Assembly (NCBI GenBank): GCA_023485845.1
Contig: JAMCZE010000010.1
Coordinates: 156,046-220,045, forward strand
Length of the DNA: 64,000 nt
Source: Patescibacteria group bacterium
GTDB lineage: Bacteria > Patescibacteriota > Microgenomatia > JAMCZE01
Direction: 5' to 3'
Shown piece by piece: positions 60,063 through 64,000 of this stretch. A program made the translations under genes and the position numbers. Within the stretch, counting starts at the first letter, position 1. Every line of letters begins with the position of its first letter. The notes under the pieces are model-generated. The model saw only the letters and a list, made by a program, of their open reading frames with translations. It was not told the DNA's origin and did not search any database.

Positions 60063-61271
60063 TTAAACCACATCAGCCCGCTTTCTTCCAGACCACCCCA
60101 AAATCAATCCCCCTAACAAGAGATAGTAGCCAAAGACAAATGTCAAATCAACCCCGGTTATCTTTAGCAAAAATTCCGGGTGACTGCCAAAGGCATTGAC
60201 CACCCAAAGGAAGAAATCCAGAAGTACGCTCGCCGGCAACATTACCAGCCGAGCTAGATCAATCGATATCACACCCACTAAACCAGTAAAACCACCCAAA
60301 ATCATTAACGGTTCCACCGTCCAGAGGACTAAAACGTTAGTTATGAGTGAAACCAATGAAAAACTGGTGAAAAAAATCAGGATTATTGGGAGCGTGAAGG
60401 TTATGGCCAGAAAACTCTGGAGAAAATTCTCAATAATTAATTGTCTAACGTTTGGCAATTTAATCTTAAGACTGCTAAGAAATATCTGGCTGGCCATGGA
60501 AGTGAAACTCAATAAAAAGCTCGCGCTCACCAGAAGCTCTGGCAGGGCCCATAACATCAGGTAGGCGGCAGTTAACAGGCTCACTAGGCCGGCTTTTTGC
60601 CGCCCAAGGTACTCCCCAAGCAGGGCAACCACCGCCATGATGGTGGCACGCACAATTGGGGGCGCAAACCCGGTTATAGTGCAGTAAAACCCTATCGAAA
60701 TAATAATTAATAGCGCTCTTACTATCTTTGTGGGTCGGAAAGCGTTAATTAACCAAATGACAAAACCCGAAAACAGGCTCACATTCATTCCGGAGGCGGC
60801 CACCACATGGGTTAGGCCAACATTGGCCAACTTAATTTTAAACTGGCGATCCAACCCAATGCTCCCCAAGACAATACCGGACAAAAGCTGGGCTTGATTA
60901 TTAAAAAGGGCCTCGCGGTAGATAGTGGTGAACCGGCCGCGCACCGCCAGGGCCGTTTTCACCCACCAGTTGGGTTCTCGGCTGGCCACCAGTTCCACAG
61001 TAACTTTGGTCAGACAGCTTCCCGAACAGGCCACCGTGCCGCTGGTTTTTAACCGGTCACCATACTGCCAAACCGGGGCCAGCGGCGCGTAGACACGCAT
61101 TTGATCAATCATAAAGACCTGCCGGCCCTGATCCACCGTCGGCTGCTCACCCAGCTCTCCTTCCAGTGTCACCTGTTGGCCGACAACATAAGTGATCCTG
61201 TCAAATTGCCAATAATGCCAGACTCGCAGCAGCAGGGTAACAAAGAGGAAGCTAATAAACAGCCACCGCAT
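60063..61271 (-). CDS. comEC: Competence protein ComEC (no beta-lactamase domain)
   Basis: GLTHVVAASGMN, PIVRATIM, SFLLSF. Confidence 0.9.
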   Translation of the reverse strand: MRWLFISFLFVTLLLRVWHYWQFDRITYVVGQQVTLEGELGEQPTVDQGRQVFMIDQMRVYAPLAPVWQYGDRLKTSGTVACSGSCLTKVTVELVASREPNWWVKTALAVRGRFTTIYREALFNNQAQLLSGIVLGSIGLDRQFKIKLANVGLTHVVAASGMNVSLFSGFVIWLINAFRPTKIVRALLIIISIGFYCTITGFAPPIVRATIMAVVALLGEYLGRQKAGLVSLLTAAYLMLWALPELLVSASFLLSFTSMASQIFLSSLKIKLPNVRQLIIENFLQSFLAITFTLPIILIFFTSFSLVSLITNVLVLWTVEPLMILGGFTGLVGVISIDLARLVMLPASVLLDFFLWVVNAFGSHPEFLLKITGVDLTFVFGYYLLLGGLILGWSGRKRADVV

Positions 61272-61842
61272 CTTTAATCTTATCATAAACTGACTGGCTA
61301 ACAACCTTGCGGTCAATCAAATCGGAAATACTCTGATAGGGCCGACTAGTAATAATCTTAGTGGCCGTCGCCGGACCGACCCCGGGAAGGGCATCCAGTT
61401 CCTGGGCCGTGGCCGAATTAATATTAATTAAGTTACCTAAGTTATTATTTTGAGATTCCTCCTGCGTCGGAATAAAGATTTTCATCCCGTCAGTTAATCG
61501 TTGAGCTAGATTGATTGATTTAGACACATACATTCGGTCGGCATTCGCTGCCAGTCCTCCTGCGGAAATGAGCACGTCATTGACGCGGGAATCATTTGGC
61601 ATTTCATATAATCCGGGCTTCTCCACCGCTCCAGAGATGTCAATTTTCACTGTTTTTGCTTTTATTACCCCGGCGGACGACGCCACCCCGGTTGAATCTG
61701 ACAAGGTTTCTGATGTTGTTTGGTTCGTTTTGAAATAGTTAATGGTTAAGCCGGCAACCATTAAAATAACACCGGCCCCCGCCATAATTAGGGGAAGAAA
61801 TTTCTTAAGCGGTGACAAAATTGATAATTTTTCCGGGAACAT
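61252..61842 (-). CDS. comEA: Competence protein ComEA (SLBB + HhH)
   Basis: ISGAVEKPG, INLAQRLTDG, ININSATAQELDALPGVG. Confidence 0.93.
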   Translation of the reverse strand: MFPEKLSILSPLKKFLPLIMAGAGVILMVAGLTINYFKTNQTTSETLSDSTGVASSAGVIKAKTVKIDISGAVEKPGLYEMPNDSRVNDVLISAGGLAANADRMYVSKSINLAQRLTDGMKIFIPTQEESQNNNLGNLININSATAQELDALPGVGPATATKIITSRPYQSISDLIDRKVVSQSVYDKIKDAVAVY

Positions 61843-63976
61843 AAACAGTCTTGAGAATCTTCTTGCCGGCTAAGTTCTTAGCCACGCGTTCCTGGTTTTG
61901 GGCCATGGCAATCACCTTATCTTCCTTAAGCGCTTCCTTATCATGACTGCCAATCTCCAGCACGGCCCGGGTTTTGCCATTCACACAGACGGCCAGGCGA
62001 ACTGTCTCGATAACTTCCGCTTCTGCTTTGGCCTGCGGCCAGGCTTGCTGATGCACGCTGTCCCTTCTCCCCAGCCGGCTCCACAACTCCTGCGCTAAAT
62101 GAGGAACAAAGGGGGCCAGAATTTTAATGAAGACTTCCCGATCTGCTAAAGACAGTTTAGCACTCTTCTCCCAAAGATTGACAAACTCCATCATCGCCGC
62201 CACCGCCGTGTTAAATTTGAAGCTCTCAATATCCGCGCCGACTTTTTGCACTAATCGGTTCAGAGCAATGGTCAAAGCGTCATCGGTCGGCTTGGGCTCT
62301 TGAACCGAAAGGTTATAGATCCGGTTCACAAACCGATGGACGCCGGCGACGCTGTTGACGTTCCAGGGCTTGTCAACCTCGAACGGAGCCATGAACATCT
62401 CATAGAGGCGCATCGTGTCGGCGCCATATTGTTCGACGACGTCGTCGGGGGTGATCACATTATTCCAGCGCTTACTCATTTTGCGGCTGTCCGGTCCCAG
62501 AATCCAGCCGGGGACTTTCAGGGTCGAAAACGGCTCATCGCCGACGCTTTTGCCCAGATAACCGGCGTCAAAAAGGACCTTCTCAAAAAACCGGGCAAAT
62601 AATAAATGCTGGACGGTGTGCCCGCCGCCGACGTAGGTGTCCACCGGCAGCCATTTTTTAATTTCATTTTTGGCGGCAAACTCTTTCTTATTTCTGGGGT
62701 CAACAAAGCGCAGGAAATACCAGGAGGAGTCTACAAATGTGTCCATGGTGTCCACCTCACGCCGGGCCGGGCCGTGACAATTCGGACAGACAACGCCTCT
62801 CTGAAAGGACGCGGAGCGGCCGATCGGGCTCTCCCCGGTCGGGCGAAAATCCACGTCTGTGGGCAGCCGCACCGGCAGTTCTTCCTCGGGCACCGGTTGC
62901 CATTGGCATTTTTCACACCAGATCATCGGAATCGGCGCCCCCCAATAACGCTGCCTGCTCACTAGCCAATCGCGCAAATGATAGGTCACCGCTTTTTTGC
63001 CATAAACTTGATCCGTAAACTTTGCCTCGACGACCGGCAAATTATGTTTCTTGGCAAAAACCAGATCACGCTGGTCATAAGCCGGCACTCCCATGATCGC
63101 CCCGGTGCCCACCTCGTCAAGAACATATTCATCAACAAAAACGGGGATTTCTTTCTCGGTCGCCGGGTTGGTAACCGTCTTAACCTTGCCGGCCAGCGGA
63201 TGGTTGGGAGAGAGAACAACGAACGCCGCTCCTAAAATCGTTTCCGGCCGGGTAGTGAAAACTTCCACCACCCCAAACTTAATCAGGCTCCCCTCTTTGC
63301 GGCCGATCCAATTTTTTTGCATCAACCTTGTTGATTTTGGCCAGTCAATCCGATCCAAACCCTCAATCAACCGATCGGCGTAGGCAGTGATTTTGAAAAA
63401 CCACTGGTCCAGGTCCTTTTGCACCACCGGTGTGCCGCAGCGCTCACACTTGCCGTCCACCACTTGTTCATTGGCCAGGACCGTTTCGCAAGACGGACAC
63501 CAATTAGCCGGGGCTTTTTTCTTGTAGGCCAAACCCATTTTAAAAAGAAGAATAAAAAGCCACTGAGTCCACTTATAATAGTCAGGGTCGCTGGTGTCGA
63601 TTTCCCGGTCCCAGTCATAGGAAAGGCCGAGCATTTTCAGCTGCTGGCGAAAAGTGTCGATATTTTTGTGTGTGGATTGGTCCGGTGGCACCCCGGTTTT
63701 GATGGCATAGTTTTCCGCCGGCAGCCCAAAAGCATCCCAGCCCATTGGGTGCAGCACCGAAAAACCTTTCATGCGCAGATAGCGGCTGAAAACGTCGGTG
63801 GCGACATAACCCTCCATGTGGCCCACATGCAGCACCGCGCCGGAGGGATAAGGATACATGTCTAAAACATACTTCTTGGGGCGTTCTCCTGTCGGCTCGG
63901 GGGTTCTATCAAGTTTCTTTTTCTTCCACCACGCCTGCCATTTAGGCTCAATCTCCGCCGGATCATATTTCTCCAT
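61805..63976 (-). CDS. leuS: Leucine-tRNA ligase (compact)
   Basis: PYPSG..LHVGH, GWDAFGLPAEN, SRQRYWG, KMSKR. Confidence 0.97.
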   Translation of the reverse strand: MEKYDPAEIEPKWQAWWKKKKLDRTPEPTGERPKKYVLDMYPYPSGAVLHVGHMEGYVATDVFSRYLRMKGFSVLHPMGWDAFGLPAENYAIKTGVPPDQSTHKNIDTFRQQLKMLGLSYDWDREIDTSDPDYYKWTQWLFILLFKMGLAYKKKAPANWCPSCETVLANEQVVDGKCERCGTPVVQKDLDQWFFKITAYADRLIEGLDRIDWPKSTRLMQKNWIGRKEGSLIKFGVVEVFTTRPETILGAAFVVLSPNHPLAGKVKTVTNPATEKEIPVFVDEYVLDEVGTGAIMGVPAYDQRDLVFAKKHNLPVVEAKFTDQVYGKKAVTYHLRDWLVSRQRYWGAPIPMIWCEKCQWQPVPEEELPVRLPTDVDFRPTGESPIGRSASFQRGVVCPNCHGPARREVDTMDTFVDSSWYFLRFVDPRNKKEFAAKNEIKKWLPVDTYVGGGHTVQHLLFARFFEKVLFDAGYLGKSVGDEPFSTLKVPGWILGPDSRKMSKRWNNVITPDDVVEQYGADTMRLYEMFMAPFEVDKPWNVNSVAGVHRFVNRIYNLSVQEPKPTDDALTIALNRLVQKVGADIESFKFNTAVAAMMEFVNLWEKSAKLSLADREVFIKILAPFVPHLAQELWSRLGRRDSVHQQAWPQAKAEAEVIETVRLAVCVNGKTRAVLEIGSHDKEALKEDKVIAMAQNQERVAKNLAGKKILKTVYVPGKIINFVTA

Positions 63977-64000
63977 AATCTTGATGCTTGCTTGACTAAC

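Noticed and set aside
61805-63976. Editing-dead LeuRS
   Set aside because: CP1 is shortened but TTRPET and GTGAIMGVPAYDQRD motifs remain

Overview
Bacterial DNA using the standard code (TGA is a stop). Gene content and style suggest a Patescibacteria/CPR, Microgenomates-like organism (inference). Positions 1 to ~19.2 kb are an AT-richer integrated element or island whose left end lies outside the window. It carries a zinc-finger primase, hypothetical genes, an arsR-arsD-arsA operon without arsB/acr3/arsC, repeat-bracketed cargo, three identical IS200-type elements and a tandem IS3-family dimer with a near-consensus junction promoter. The rest is GC-richer backbone: a TA pair, two P-type ATPases, an ABC exporter, a RAYT with REPs, secE-nusG-rplKAJL, mreB, sortase, two tRNAs, ndk, argS, comEC/comEA and leuS. 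The most striking feature is at 43.2-52.2 kb. An F1-ATPase operon (b, trimmed delta, alpha, gamma, beta, trimmed epsilon) has no subunit a. Its subunit-c position holds a signal-peptide protein made of an extracellular domain fused to a c-like hairpin lacking the ion-binding carboxylate. The same extracellular domain recurs in the adjacent membrane-anchored, tail-fibre-like protein. This suggests an ATP-driven rotary surface machine rather than an ATP synthase. All assignments come from motif recognition by eye; no searches were run.
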